Positions 23,648 to 36,569 of a DNA stretch of 64,000 nucleotides are shown in pieces. Every line of letters begins with the position of its first letter. The first letter of the stretch is position 1. A program made the translations under genes and the position numbers. Origin of the DNA: Octopus sinensis (taxonomy: Eukaryota); contig NC_043004.1 of the NCBI RefSeq assembly GCF_006345805.1, forward strand, positions 80,352,001 to 80,416,000. Direction: 5' to 3'. The notes under the pieces were generated by a model. The model had not been told where the DNA came from. It was given only the letters and a program-made list of their open reading frames with translations, and did not search any database.

Positions 23648-24431
23648 GGTATATACATGAACGACAACTGCTGTGTGAGTGGATTTGATAAATTGAAACT
23701 GTAACAAAGCCCGTTGTATATGTGTATGTGTCTGTCTGTTTGTGTTCCCTCTACTGCTTGATTACCGGTGTTGTTTTGTTTATGTCTATAATACTGGGCG
23801 GTTCAGTAAAAGAGACCGATTGAAAAAGTACCAGACTCCAAAACGTAAGTACTAATGTTGATTTGTTGTCCTCAACCTTTGGTGGAGGAAATGGGTCTCA
23901 GTATGGCTGCCATCCAATGATTGACACAAGTAGGACAGAAAAGAAAGCTATATGTATGTGCATGTATGTGTGTGTATGGGTGTGTGAGTGTGTGTGTGCT
24001 TGTATGAGTGTGTATCTGTGTATGTGTTCTTGAATGTGTGTGTGATGTATGTGTGTGTGTATGTGTGTGCGTTTGTATGTGTGTACATGTATGTGTGTGT
24101 GCATGTATGTGCGTGCGTGCATGTATGTGTGTGAGTGTGTGTAGATGTATGTGTGCGTGCATACATGTGTGTGTATGTGTGTATGTGTGCGTATGCGTAT
24201 ATGTGTGTGTGCACGTATGTGTATGTGTGTACATGTGTGTATGTGCGCGTATGCGTGCATGCATGTGTGTGTACATGTATGTGTGCGTGCCTGTATGTGT
24301 GTGTGTGTACACCCATGTGTTTTTGTGTGTGTGCATATATGTATGTGTTTGTGTGTGTGTGTGCGTGCATGTGCGTGTGCACGTATATGCGTGCGCTTCT
24401 ATGAATGTGCGCGTATGTGCACGTATGTACA

Positions 24432-24469
<38 letters not shown>

Positions 24470-24734
24470 GCCAGGATGGTCACGGTTGGCTTTCAGATTG
24501 ACTTAAAGCTAATCAACAAATCTAAAAACTACAAACAACTGATACAAATAAAACAAACAAAAAACACTATAAATTGTTTTAAAGATAAACGAATGGAAGA
24601 GACAGACAGACGGACAGAGAGACAGAGAGAGATCTTTGGGCAGAGATGATGTGGGGGAAGGGGGAGGGGTGATAACGTTGAACTGGAATATGTCTGCATA
24701 TTATTTGGGAAATGTACAAAGGACAAACGACGAG

Positions 24735-24749
24735 ATCGACGACGATGAC

Positions 24750-24791
<42 letters not shown>

Positions 24792-25042
24792 AGGTGGTGG
24801 TGGTGGTGGTGGTGGTGGTGGTGGTGGTTGTGGTGGTGGTGATCGTAATTATGTTCATGGTGATGATGGTGGCGGCGAGGGTCGTGGGAGATGTTGTGGT
24901 GAAGATGATGCTGGTGATGGCTGTGGTGGTGGAGGTGGTGGAGGTGGTGGTGGTGGTGGTGGTGGTGGTGATGGTGGTGGTGGTGGTGATCGTGATGATG
25001 ATGGTGGTGGCGATGGCAACTACGACGATAATGGCAGACAAA

Positions 25043-25088
<46 letters not shown>

Positions 25089-25335
25089 GGTCGTGGTCGT
25101 CGTCGTCGTCGTCGTGGTCGTCGTTGTCGTTGTCGTGTCGGCGGTGGCGGTGGTAATAGAAGAAGAAGAAGAAGAAGAAGAAGAAGAAGAAGAAGAAGAA
25201 GAAGAAGAAGAAGAAGAAGAAGAAGAAGAAGAAAAGAAGAAGAAGAAGAAGAAGAAGAAGAAGAAGAAGAAGAAGAGAAGAAGAAGAAGAAGAAGAAGAA
25301 GAAGAAGAAGAAGAAGAAGAAGAAGGACGAGGAAC
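24735..25335 (+). repeat. Compound trinucleotide microsatellite (GAT, GGT, GTA, GTC, GAA)
   Basis: Directly visible. Confidence 0.95.
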
Positions 25336-25564
25336 GAGGAACGAAGAAACGAGGTAAGATGGCAGACATCTTCAAAGATTAATGGCTTGCAAGTGTCATT
25401 CATGTAGAAAGGTAGAGAGAGACTGGATGCAATTCGTCATCCTTCGCTATAGATTTCGGTTGTTTTTACTTAATTCCGTTTATAAATCGATTGAAAGAAA
25501 ACTGATACGCAGAGATGGAGACACGACAGGGAGAAAGAAGAGGAAACACAAAAGAGAGAAAGAT

Positions 25565-25596
<32 letters not shown>

Positions 25597-26200
25597 GAAG
25601 AGACGAAGAGAAGAAGAACGGGGGGAAGAGAAGCGGAGAGGAGTTTTGTCAGAGATAAGAGACGTTAAAGAGGAGTTGAGAGAAAAGTGACATTGTTGTA
25701 GAAAGTTTGAGAGAGAGGCAAGAGAAGTGCAATTAACAACGATCCCGATAGGCAAGTTAGAGAGTAGGAAAGGACTTGAAGAGAGATAGAGTGTTTTGAC
25801 GCTGATCGAGTAAGAGAGAGAGTTGTTTGGAGACGAAGAGAGGAGAGATGAAGAGAGAAAGAAAAGAAAGAGAGAGGTGCAAAAAAGAGAAGAAAGAGAG
25901 AGAGAGAGAGAGGAGAGAGAGAGGAGAGTTTAGAGAGAGAGAGAGAGAGGGACGAGAGAATAAGATAAAGGAAGAGAGTTGTTAAAAGCGCAGCATAAAG
26001 CATCGTCCCAGAGCAGGTTTAACAAATTTTCAGTCTCCTGCAGAATGCACATCAGACATATAAACTCGACAGGCAGTCCTAGTGACGCCGAAACGGGACG
26101 GGATATTTGCATTTACGAACATTAAAATTTTTTTTTTTTTTTTTGTATATGCAGTGTAGGAATGGAAGAGAATGTGAAACGGGGAGGGGGAAGCACAAAT

Positions 26201-26241
<41 letters not shown>

Positions 26242-26450
26242 GGACAGAGAGAAAATAAGATAGAAAGCGATGATAGGAGAGGACGGGAAGGAATAGAGAA
26301 AGAGAGAGAAAGACTGTGTGGTATATATATATATATATATATATAATATACTCCCTATACATATATATATATATATGTATGTGTGTGTGTATGTGTGTGT
26401 GTATGTGTATATATATGCAGATGTACATATATATGTATGTATATACATGC

Positions 26451-26488
<38 letters not shown>

Positions 26489-26516
26489 ATGTGTATGCAT
26501 ACATACACGCACACAT

Positions 26517-26548
<32 letters not shown>

Positions 26549-27138
26549 GTATATAAGCATATCTATATGTGTGTGTACGTATGTATATACATATACATAT
26601 ATAGATATATATATATATATATACAAACACATATACATATATTACACATATATATATATATAATATGCACACATAGATATCTATATCCATACATGCATAC
26701 ATACAAACATGTATACACGTATATGTATATTGTGGTTGTATTGGTTATAAGACCGGGGCATATCATATGTATATGTGCATGTATGTACGCATGTATATAT
26801 ATATATATATATATATGCATGTGTGTGTGTGTGTTTGTGTGTGTGTGTATGTATGTGTGCGTGTATGTGTGCATACATAGACACACATATATATGTATGC
26901 ACGTATATACATACATATATATGTACATATGCATATATATGGATATATATATACACATACGCACACATACACATATATATATATATAAATATATATATCA
27001 AAATATATATATGTATGTATATATTTGTCTACTAATGAAACAAGTAGATAAAAACAAAAAATAAAGATATGCAGATAGATATATATATATATGTATAGAT
27101 ATATATATACATATATATACATATATATACATATATAA

Positions 27139-27375
27139 TGTATATGTTTGTGTGAATATATATATATATATATTACATATATATTATATATATGTATATG
27201 TTTGTGTGAATATATATATATATATACATATAATACATATATATATGTATATGTTTGTGTGAATATATATATATATATATACATATAATACATATATATA
27301 TGTATATGTTTGTGTGAATAATTATATATATATATAAAATATATATACATATATATGTATATGTTTGTGTGGGAA
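27139..27375 (+). repeat. Minisatellite, 5 units of about 54 bp
   Basis: Anchor TGTATATGTTTGTGTG near 27139, 27193, 27246, 27301 and 27356. Confidence 0.85.
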
Positions 27376-27718
27376 TGATATATATATATATAGATGCAAG
27401 CATGCATTTACGTGTGTGTGTAGGTGGGTGGTGGGTGCTGAAAAGTAGAAAGCAAAGGAGAAGGAGAGAGGAGAAGGGGAGAAAGAGAGACAGAGAGAAA
27501 GAGAGAAGAGACGTAATACAACACGACGCAAGTAATCGCTAATGTTAGCTCCAGTTCGACTTTTCTACTTTATTTTCGATAAAAGAATTTTCTTCGTATG
27601 ACCTCATTTCGAGCATTTTTTTTTTCCTTTCTTCCTTTTGCATTCACCTGGAAATTGTCTTACAGAGTAACTTAGTGTCGTCTGTGTTTAGCGTATTGTT
27701 GTGATGATAATAATAATA

Positions 27719-27778
<60 letters not shown>

Positions 27779-27779
<1 letters not shown>

Positions 27780-28179
27780 CAGTTGAGCATGTCCCTTAGT
27801 GGTTGACGATATGTGCATCTCTGATCACGAGCAGAAGTAGTGGGGGAGCATCATAGCCATGTGTTGAGAGGGATTCTTTGGGGTTTGAATAGTTCACCTC
27901 TGGAAACATGGGTGGTTCTTTCAACATCCTTAAACAACCCTTATTCAGGGACCGTTTGAGCGGGATGGGCTACTCAACCTGAAGAAAATTCTAACTGGGC
28001 CCCACCTGCAAGGTCATGTGCTGTTTATCTTGATATGAGATCACCATGTCGCGCACATATGGTTGTGATGCATGTGCCTGGTGTACCTTTATCAGACGGG
28101 TAGTCATGATGGGTATATTGGGCTTCGTATATTTTACCCCAGTGTCACTTTGATGGCATGCACTGCTCTCTCACTCAAT
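27779..28179 (+). mobile_element. About 400-bp non-coding interspersed repeat flanked by (AAT)n
   Basis: Homologous inverted copy at 62285-62699; both abut AAT/ATT tracts at the CTCTCTCACTCAAT end. Confidence 0.8.
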
Positions 28180-28197
28180 GATAATAATAATAATAAT

Positions 28198-28830
28198 AAT
28201 GGTAGAAAGCGCGACTCACAATGTTAGTGCTTGTGAAAGTCTTGCGCAGAAAGAGTACAAGTGCAGACACAACAAGGTAGTCCCAAACCATCACTGGCTA
28301 CTATGCCGGAAGTATGGATACGAAGCAACGAGTGCTTGGTACCAACATACACTGAAAAAGACAATGGACGAAAAGGGGAAGGCAAAAATCATCCGGGACT
28401 TTGACTTCCAACCAGACAAGGTGCTAGAGCACCGAAGGCCGGATATAGTAACCTTTAAGAGGGACAAACAAATGTGCCCAATAATCGACGGGACAGTGCC
28501 AGGAGAGCAACATATATTATCATGAAGGAAAGAGAAAAGATTGATAAATATGGAAACCTGAGAATTGAGATTGCCAAGATGTGGCAGCTACGAGAGTCAA
28601 ATATAAAGGTTGTCCCTATTGCCAGCAGAGCGTTGGGTTCAATACCACCTAATCTGAAAAAAAAAAACATCTGAAAACTCTAGAAATATCCAACAATCTA
28701 GGTATATTACTTGAAACTGCATGCATATTGCGTAAAGTACTGTCTAGCTAAGGTTCTTGTGACTTGACAGACAGTTCAAACCCCTAGTAGACTCAATATC
28801 TTCAATCAACAATATCATGATATTGGATAC
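28198..28830 (+). mobile_element. R4/Dong-type LINE 3' fragment (RLE domain)
   Basis: LAQKEYKCRHNKVV, HWLLCRKYG, RDFDFQPDKVLEHRRPDIV, EKIDKYGNLRIEIAKMW; directly follows an (AAT)n tract. Confidence 0.88.
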
Positions 28831-28834
28831 GGTG

Positions 28835-29600
28835 CTCTCTGAACAAGAAACTACCAGGTTAACGCCCTTCAAAACGGTTCTGACCCTAAATGCAGATTCT
28901 GCGAAACATTTGACGTAACAATAGACCATGTCGTTTCGGGATGTCCTGTATTGATACCGAACGAATACAAAAAAATCGCCACGATACAGTTGAACAGTAT
29001 TTACATTGGAAAATATGTAAGCACTATAAAATCGGCACCCCTGCTTACTGGGTGAAGGTTAAAATGTCACTATCATCTGGGATTTTCCAGTCAACACCGA
29101 CAGAACGATCCAGGTTAATCGACCAGACATAATTATTAAAGACAGAGAAGAAAATTCTTGTAAATGTTCCCACTGATAAAAATATATCTGTAAAGGAATT
29201 TGACAAGTTAAGTAAGTATGAGGACCTGGAAATTAGAATACAAGAGATGTGGCCTCTTAAAGCAAAAACTGTTCCGGCTATTGCAGGTGCTATAGGTATG
29301 ATAAAAAAGGGACGTCAGAAACATCTAGGTAAGATCCCAGGAGGACCATGTCTCAGAGAAATTCAAAAGACAGTGCTAGCAAGTACTGCCCACTTCCTTA
29401 GAAAAACCTTATCAGTTTAAATGTCTGAGTTGCATTACATGAAGATATTTCGCTACTGCCTCTTCTACGTCCCCTCCCCAAGCTTCCAGTCACATTCTAG
29501 CATCTCTCATCTTTCACTCGCCCTAGGACGCTAGGTGTGTCTCGGCAAGTGATTGTAGTAAACATGCTGATTAAAAGTAAATAACAACAATAATACTAAT
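28835..29600 (+). mobile_element. R4/Dong-type LINE 3' fragment (zinc knuckle + RLE + 3'UTR)
   Basis: KCRFCETF, IDHVVSGCP, RHDTVEQYLHWKICKHY, IWDFPVNTDRTIQVNRPDIII, KYEDLEI. Confidence 0.88.
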
Positions 29601-30279
29601 TATTATTATTTATTTATTGACCACAAAGCGTTTACGTTTATTGACCACAAAAGGTTTACATGATGGACAGCACAGACCAAAACAAAGAATGTGTGTGTGT
29701 GAGTGTGTTGTTGCGAGGGTTTTGCTTGTAAATACGTTTGTCGTAATAATAGGGGGAAAACAAGTTTAACAATGTATGATACTCTATAGGGAAGAGACGT
29801 TCGAGGGCTGCTCATGAAAAAACCCCATAAAACCAGGGTCCCTGACTTTTGTGCCCGGTGCCTTATCTCATTTCTTCTCCAATTATAAGCGTATGCTCAG
29901 GACAAACCCGTTCACTCGTATCATTCTCGCCACTCTCTTAACCTGGAGAAAAACCCGTCAAAGATCGAAGAGTTTGCTACTAGTTCACACCTCTCCCAAC
30001 AATATGAGGCTGGAGGTCTCCCAGAAAAGGGATAAATCTCTCTGAAGGCCTTTGGTGTCCAACACCAGCAGGTACCAATGATATCAAGTGACAGAAATAG
30101 TCCTGGACAGACTGTTGCTTATTAAACTTCTTTGTATTGTCCTTCAGAAGTTTCAAATATTGAGCAAACATAACGAATTTGGGGCAACATTAGACGAAAG
30201 ATAAGCAGTAATAAATCTGTCAATGAAGATAGAAATGTTATAAAACGGAATAGTTTATTGACATTGGAATTGGCCAAGA

Positions 30280-31491
30280 AAAAAATATACAATCAGATTT
30301 GAGAAAGAACCCAGTGAATACAACTCAAAAATGAAGACAGAATCTATGATGTCAGTGTGAAAGCAGTAAATAGCGTTCATAAATAACATGACAGTCACAA
30401 TAAGAAAAGTCACGAATACGCTCTCCTGAGATCAAACCACTGGAGAGGGACATGTTAATGAAATGATAAACAATTGAACGGAAATAAATAATGTTGATAT
30501 CAGGACGAGTGCGGTGACAGAAGAGCAAATATTTGCTGAATGGATCAAAGTTCAAAATATGGACATGAAGGAACATACGCAATAACGTCACCCTTTTCAA
30601 GCCTAGCCAGGCTCATGGGTCCGGTTTCCCGGTTTCTGTGGCGTATGTGCTCACCCCCAGCTGGACGGGACGCCAGTCCATCGTAGCGTTACTTAAGAAA
30701 CATGAAGAGAGAAAGTTGTGGTGAAAGAGTACAGCAGGGGTCGCCACCACCCACTGCCGGAGCATCGTGGAGCTTTAAGGTGTTTTCGCTCAATAAACAC
30801 ACACAACACCCGGTCTGGGAATCGAAACCGCGATCCTCCGACCGCGAGTCCGCTGCCCTAACCACTGGGCCATTGCGCCTCCAGCATACGCAATAGAAAT
30901 TAAAAATATGACAAAAGAATTTGTGAGGTGAATATGGCCGTTAAGATTATAATAAACCAAAATGAACCGGATATCACATCTTTGAATGAGTTATTCTATG
31001 CCACTGCTCCTGCTGTGTACCTAAATGTGTGGCGTAAAAGATCAACGCGGCAAAAAAATAAAAGCAAGAAACAAAACAACGCTCTCCGATCTGATATTGA
31101 AATAGTGAAAAACTTAGGTAATAATCGTAATATAAAACCATTTAAGAAAAGAAAGATAATGAGAAAATATGAACTGAAGTCAGAACATCTATTTGCTGGA
31201 GTAATGGAGAAGATAAAACTAAACAGAGCCGGCCGAAGCTGCGTGCATTCGCCATTTTGAAAAAGGATCCAGTTTCTTCAAAGATAATATGTTCAAAAAT
31301 AATTCAAAGAAATTCTATAGACATATTGGAAGGAGTACAATCAAAATAGAAATATATTCAGAGCAAGAAATACTTGTGTTTTGCAGTAAAGTCTGGGCAG
31401 GAGAGAAGCAAAACTGTGATACTCCACTGATTAACAAGCAAAAACAAGATGCTGATCTTATAGAAGAGCAAATATTGGAAAGGATTAGTGT
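30280..31491 (+). mobile_element. R4/Dong-type LINE N-terminal ORF fragment, interrupted by a V-SINE-like insertion
   Basis: NELFYATA, KRKIMRKYELK, MFKNNSKKFYRHIG, SEQEILVFCSKVWAGEK resemble the pre-RT region. The 5' limit is uncertain. Confidence 0.6.
30592..30883 (-). mobile_element. tRNA-derived SINE with V-domain-like centre
   Basis: Minus strand: TGGCCCAGTGG (A box), GGTTTCGATTCC (B box), GATGGACTGGCGTCCCGTCCAG (V-SINE-like, recalled). Confidence 0.75.
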
Positions 31492-31880
31492 AGAGAACAT
31501 CAGGTGGTGCCATCACGTTTCCAACAATGACCTGTGTGCACGCATGCATCACCCCGCAACCTCCCAGCTCATAGCTCTTCGTCGGATGCGCTGGTACGGA
31601 CATATCCTGCGTCTCTCACTAAATCAACCTACCAGGGCTTTACACTCATTCGATGTCGCATCTGAGGACTGGAAGAAGCCTCGTAGCAGGGTCCGCATCA
31701 GGTGGCTGGGCGTGATTAAGGAAGATCGCCAGAGGCCCGACGTTACCCTTGGAGGATGCAGAAGGTGCTGGCACCGGTGCGCCAGCGATGGAGAGCACTG
31801 GTAGGCTTCGCTGGCTCTATGCATGATGACGTCTCTGGGGCCATTATTAGCATGGGATGACCTCAGCCTCATCAACTAAG
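31492..31880 (+). mobile_element. RTE-clade LINE 3' end
   Basis: IRWCHHVSNNDL, RRMRWYGHILRL, WKKPRSRVRIRWLGVIKED, then a short (AAGC)n tail. Confidence 0.85.
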
Positions 31881-32539
31881 AACATGAAGCAAGCAAGCAT
31901 GTATGTAAGGATGAATAATATTATATACATTTTTTTATTACTCTTATAACCGCTGCGTTTTAAAACTTTCTAATATTAACGATCCGCTGCTGGGTTTGGG
32001 TGGGGGGTATGGAGAAATATATCCGAAGAATTGTTGGTTAATGGTATACTAACGCTTTACACCAAACTATCTATAATAGCAATTGGGGTGCTTTGAAACG
32101 GTATTTATGTACTTCAGCATTTGATTTGGATCACTGAATGGGTAATGTTAATTACTTTCTAACTTTATGATATCAAAGACATTAACTATAAAAAGTTAGG
32201 TTTGTAGCAATACTTGCCTTTAGATCTAAATAACTCAAAGGCACTTTTTTCCTAACCCATCTAACCATTAGGTATCCTTTTATGTATAGTAATAAAACCC
32301 TCATCTCTATACAAGCCCCTCAGTATATTATTGAACTTATACGTGTAATAAATGTAAAATAAAGTACCAGTCAAATACGAGAGTAGGTTTAAGGTCAGGC
32401 CTTGTGCCTATCTTAGCGGAACGGTAGCCTGGCATTATTTAAGGTGTTCAGAAATATCTCACAGGAATTAGATGCGTCTCTTCACATTCTGTGTTTGAAC
32501 CACCCCGACGTCAACTTTTAATCCTTTCATTTGTTTCTA

Positions 32540-32690
32540 TGTTCTGAGTTCAAATTCCACCTAGGTTCACTTTGCCTTTCATCTTTTCGGGGTCGATAAA
32601 ATAAGTACCAGTGAAACACTGGGGTCGGTGCAATCGACTTGGCCCTTCCCTAAAAATTTCAGGTCTTGTGCCTATAGTAGAAAGGATTAT
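32540..32690 (+). mobile_element. 5'-truncated SINE family A, alternative tail
   Basis: GTTCTGAGTTCAAATTCC...CTTTCATCTTTTCGGGGTCGATAAAATAAGTACC...TCAGGTCTTGTGCC. Confidence 0.8.
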
Positions 32691-33089
32691 TATTATTGTT
32701 GTTGTTGTTGTTGCTGCTGCTTTTTTTTGTTTTTGTTGTTCGTAGTCTTATTTTTATCACGTGCTTTCATTGCATTACCGACCGCAGCTCTCTGTACCTT
32801 GCATATGTGCTGTGGTTTGTTGTGGTGCTCTTATTTTCACTGTATTGAAAGTGTTTTACGTAGGATGTGTCCGATGCCTAGTAGTGCTATTTTCTGTATG
32901 TTATATTACATTCGTAAATCCTGGTGTTTTAGTTATGCATTTTGTCTGTATGTTTTCTAAACATACCTATATACCTCTTATCATTAGCATTGTTTCTGTT
33001 TTAAGCTCCACATATGGGTTCTTTATAATAACAACAACAATAACAACAACAACAACAACAACAATAACAACAACAACAACAACAACAAC

Positions 33090-33132
<43 letters not shown>

Positions 33133-33149
33133 TAATAATTATTATTATT

Positions 33150-33790
33150 ATTGCCTTTGCACAGTTTCTAACGCTGGAGATGTACTACGGTGTCAGCTAT
33201 TCACTACCAGTGAACTAAGGTAACACCTCTTATTTTTCGACCACTTTCCAGAGTATTCGAGTGATTCCAAGTAGTGCTGTTTTCTACAAGTGCTCCGCAT
33301 TTATTGCAGCCCTTATTTGTTCCATGTACTTCTCAAGATTTTTACTCACTGTTCCCAGGACTCCGACAGTTATTGGTACTACTACCTTCTTTTTCATCGA
33401 CCACAACTGCTTAACCTCCCAAGCTAACCTGTCATATCTATCGACTTTTCTTTCTTCCTTATCGCATACCTTGCTGTCTGCTAGGCATGCTATATCTCTG
33501 ATGCAGCATCGTTTGCTTTCTATCTTAATTAAGACTGTGTCTGGCTTGCTATTCTCTATCTCATGGTCGCGCTGAATCATAAAATACCACACGATCTTTT
33601 CATTATCATTTTCGACGATGCCTTCTGGTTTGTGGTCGTACCAATTTTTTGCTCTGTCAAGTCCATACCTGTTGCAAAGTGTCCAATGGACGAGCCTGGC
33701 TATATTGTCGTGGCGTCTCTTATATTCCTTCTGGGCTAGTGGCGTACATTGGCTGGTAATATGCCATACAGTTTCAACCATTTTATCTAC
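33150..33790 (-). mobile_element. R4/Dong-type LINE 3' fragment
   Basis: ORF 33284-33781: LAQKEYKRRHDNIARLVHWTLC, WYDHKPEGIVEN, KPDTVLI, KVDRYDRLAWEVKQLW, VPITVGVLG. (AAT)n/(ATT)n on both flanks. Confidence 0.92.
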
Positions 33791-33814
33791 AGATTTATTA
33801 TGTGTTATCTATTC

Positions 33815-33908
<94 letters not shown>

Positions 33909-34609
33909 GACTGAACCAAACTCGACCACTTAGGAGAAAATTTATTTACGTTCGTTTGACTGTGAATTGCTTTATATTGTTTTACTGCATTGTAGCATAT
34001 TTAGCGACTAGAGAGAAGCAATTTATTGTGAAATATCTCCCTTCGAGGGAAACATATTCGAATTTTATTTGTCGTTTGCCGATAATGCAAACCAATTTTT
34101 CTTCTAGACATTGTAGCAGATGTTGTTCTTCCTGCCGTCGTCGTTGTTGTGTTGTTGTTGTTCTTCTTCTTCTTTTTCTTGTTCTTCATTCTGTTAGAGA
34201 TGGGCAGCACTCTATGATATATTAGGAATAATCTAGTGTTTTATCTTCTATATTCTTGAAACGCTAAATTATAACAACACTGGAACTCCATAGAGCTAAT
34301 CAAGTGGCGTTTCTAATTTTAAGATTAATGGTGTTCAGTACTCTTTCGCTAAACAAGTTTGATTCGTTCTTGGAGGTGGGGGTGCTGTGAACCTTGATTC
34401 TTGAGAGAGATTGAAAGTTTATCTTGTGGTCGTTAATGGTGATGTAGGTTGTCTGCGTTGGGAAGGCGCTCCTGCGGTAATCGATATAATTCTCAACTCC
34501 AATTCTCTCTGAGAGAACCACCACCACCATCACCACCACCATCACCACCATCATCACAACTACTGTCACAGCAACAACAACAATGATGATAATAGTAACG
34601 ATGATGGTA

Positions 34610-34805
34610 GTTCCAAATTTTGGCTCGTGGCCTGAAATTTTGAGGGTATGCGTAAGTCACTTACATCGACCTCAGTGTACAACTGGTACTTATTTTACCG
34701 ACCCCGAACGGATGAAAGGTAAAGTCGACCTCGGAGGCATTTGAACTCAGAACATACGGACAGGCGGACGTACGAAATGCCACTACGTATTTTGTCAGGC
34801 GTGTT
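34610..34805 (-). mobile_element. SINE family A, alternative tail
   Basis: Reverse complement of the central domain at about 34680-34755. Confidence 0.8.
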
Positions 34806-34878
34806 AATAATAATAATAATAATAATAATTATGATGATGATGATGATGGATGATGATGACGACAACATCACCACCACC

Positions 34879-34933
<55 letters not shown>

Positions 34934-35027
34934 TAATAATAATAATGATGATGATAATAATAATGATGATGATGATGATGATGATGATAACAACATCACC
35001 ACCATCACCACCACCACCACCACCTTC

Positions 35028-35059
<32 letters not shown>

Positions 35060-35227
35060 CAATAACAATAATAATAATAATAATAATAATCATAATAATA
35101 ATAATGATGATGATAACAACAAAAACATCACCACCGTCACCACCACCACCACCACCACAACCACCACCACCACCACAACAACAACAACAACAACAACAAC
35201 AGCAATAATAATAAAAGTCAAATATGA

Positions 35228-35274
<47 letters not shown>

Positions 35275-35275
35275 A
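34805..35275 (+). repeat. Compound trinucleotide microsatellite (AAT, GAT, CAC, AAC)
   Basis: Directly visible. Confidence 0.95.
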
Positions 35276-35279
35276 AATC

Positions 35280-35750
35280 AAAAATCATGCCTCCTCATTG
35301 ATATGACTGTCCCAATCGATATAAACGTATCTGTCAAGACCTACCAAAAAGGTGAGCAAATATAAAGATCTTGAAATAGAAATCAGCAAAATGTGGAACC
35401 TCAAGTCTAAAACAATACCTGTTGCCACAGTTGCCCTAGGAATGATAGCAAAAGGGGCTGATTGCTTCCTAGCTCAGATACCAGGAAACCCCAAAATGGC
35501 AGAAATTCAAAAGATAGTGCGCAATGAAACTGTCCATATCCTTCGTAAAATTCTATGTAATCTCAAATTTTAAAACAAACTCTTGAATTTTTTTATAGTT
35601 TCTTAAACATTCTCTAGAACAACACTATGTACAAAACCAAATATATGACAGTCTAGGCATAACAACAACATGAACATCTAACTTGTTGTCTCTTGAGGTT
35701 TCTGGGTGAGACTGGGAGCCAACTTGTACAAAATGTAAATTAAAAGTCAA
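35280..35750 (+). mobile_element. R4/Dong-type LINE extreme 3' fragment
   Basis: LIDMTVPID, KYKDLEIEISKMWNLKSKTIPVATVALG; lies between (AAT)n tracts. Confidence 0.85.
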
Positions 35751-35778
35751 ATATAAAATAATAATAATAATAATAATA

Positions 35779-35823
<45 letters not shown>

Positions 35824-35824
35824 A

Positions 35825-35861
<37 letters not shown>

Positions 35862-35902
35862 TAATAATAATAATAATAATAATGATAAAAATAATAATAA
35901 TA

Positions 35903-35934
<32 letters not shown>

Positions 35935-35952
35935 TAATAATAATAATAATAA

Positions 35953-35984
<32 letters not shown>

Positions 35985-36002
35985 TAAAAAAAAATTTTAA
36001 AA

Positions 36003-36057
<55 letters not shown>

Positions 36058-36410
36058 TGCTATACAGTTCCTGTTGCGTGCCCCATTGACCCACGAATAG
36101 TCAAGAAGGAAGGCGAAAAAAAAATAAATACAACCCTCTCAAATATGAAATAGCCAGGCTATGGAAAATGAAGAAGGTAAAGATAGTGCCAATTATTGTT
36201 GAGTCCTTGGGAACAGTATCAGAAGGCATCAAAAGGAATATAAAAGAAATTGGAATAGAGTGCCCAGTAGAACTGTTACAAAGTGTTTGCCTCCTTGGCA
36301 CGGCCAGAAATATCTGGAAAGTATTAGATAACTGAAAAGAGCCAATAGCATGGTACCGCTACGAAAGCAAGACTCCAGGAGTTCAAACAAAACCTGTGGT
36401 TAAGAGATTA
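36058..36410 (+). mobile_element. R4/Dong-type LINE extreme 3' fragment
   Basis: VACPID, KYEIARLWKMKKVKIVPIIVESLGTV; lies between (AAT)n and (GAT)n tracts. Confidence 0.82.
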
Positions 36411-36438
36411 TGATAATAATAATGAGGAGGAGGAGGAA

Positions 36439-36543
<105 letters not shown>

Positions 36544-36569
36544 AACCCTTGCTACTTTACCAGTTACAG

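Larger units (their letters stand above)
22790..23880 (+). mobile_element. SINE family B (plus) carrying a nested MITE and a nested SINE A
   Basis: Head GGTTCAATCCCACTGCACGGCATTATGGGCAAGTGTCTTC at about 22835-22878; remainder resumes at about 23665. Confidence 0.65.

Noticed and set aside
34300-34515. Non-repetitive part of the minus-strand ORF 34300-34569
   Set aside because: No motif recognised, no splice signals, and the start lies in a microsatellite.
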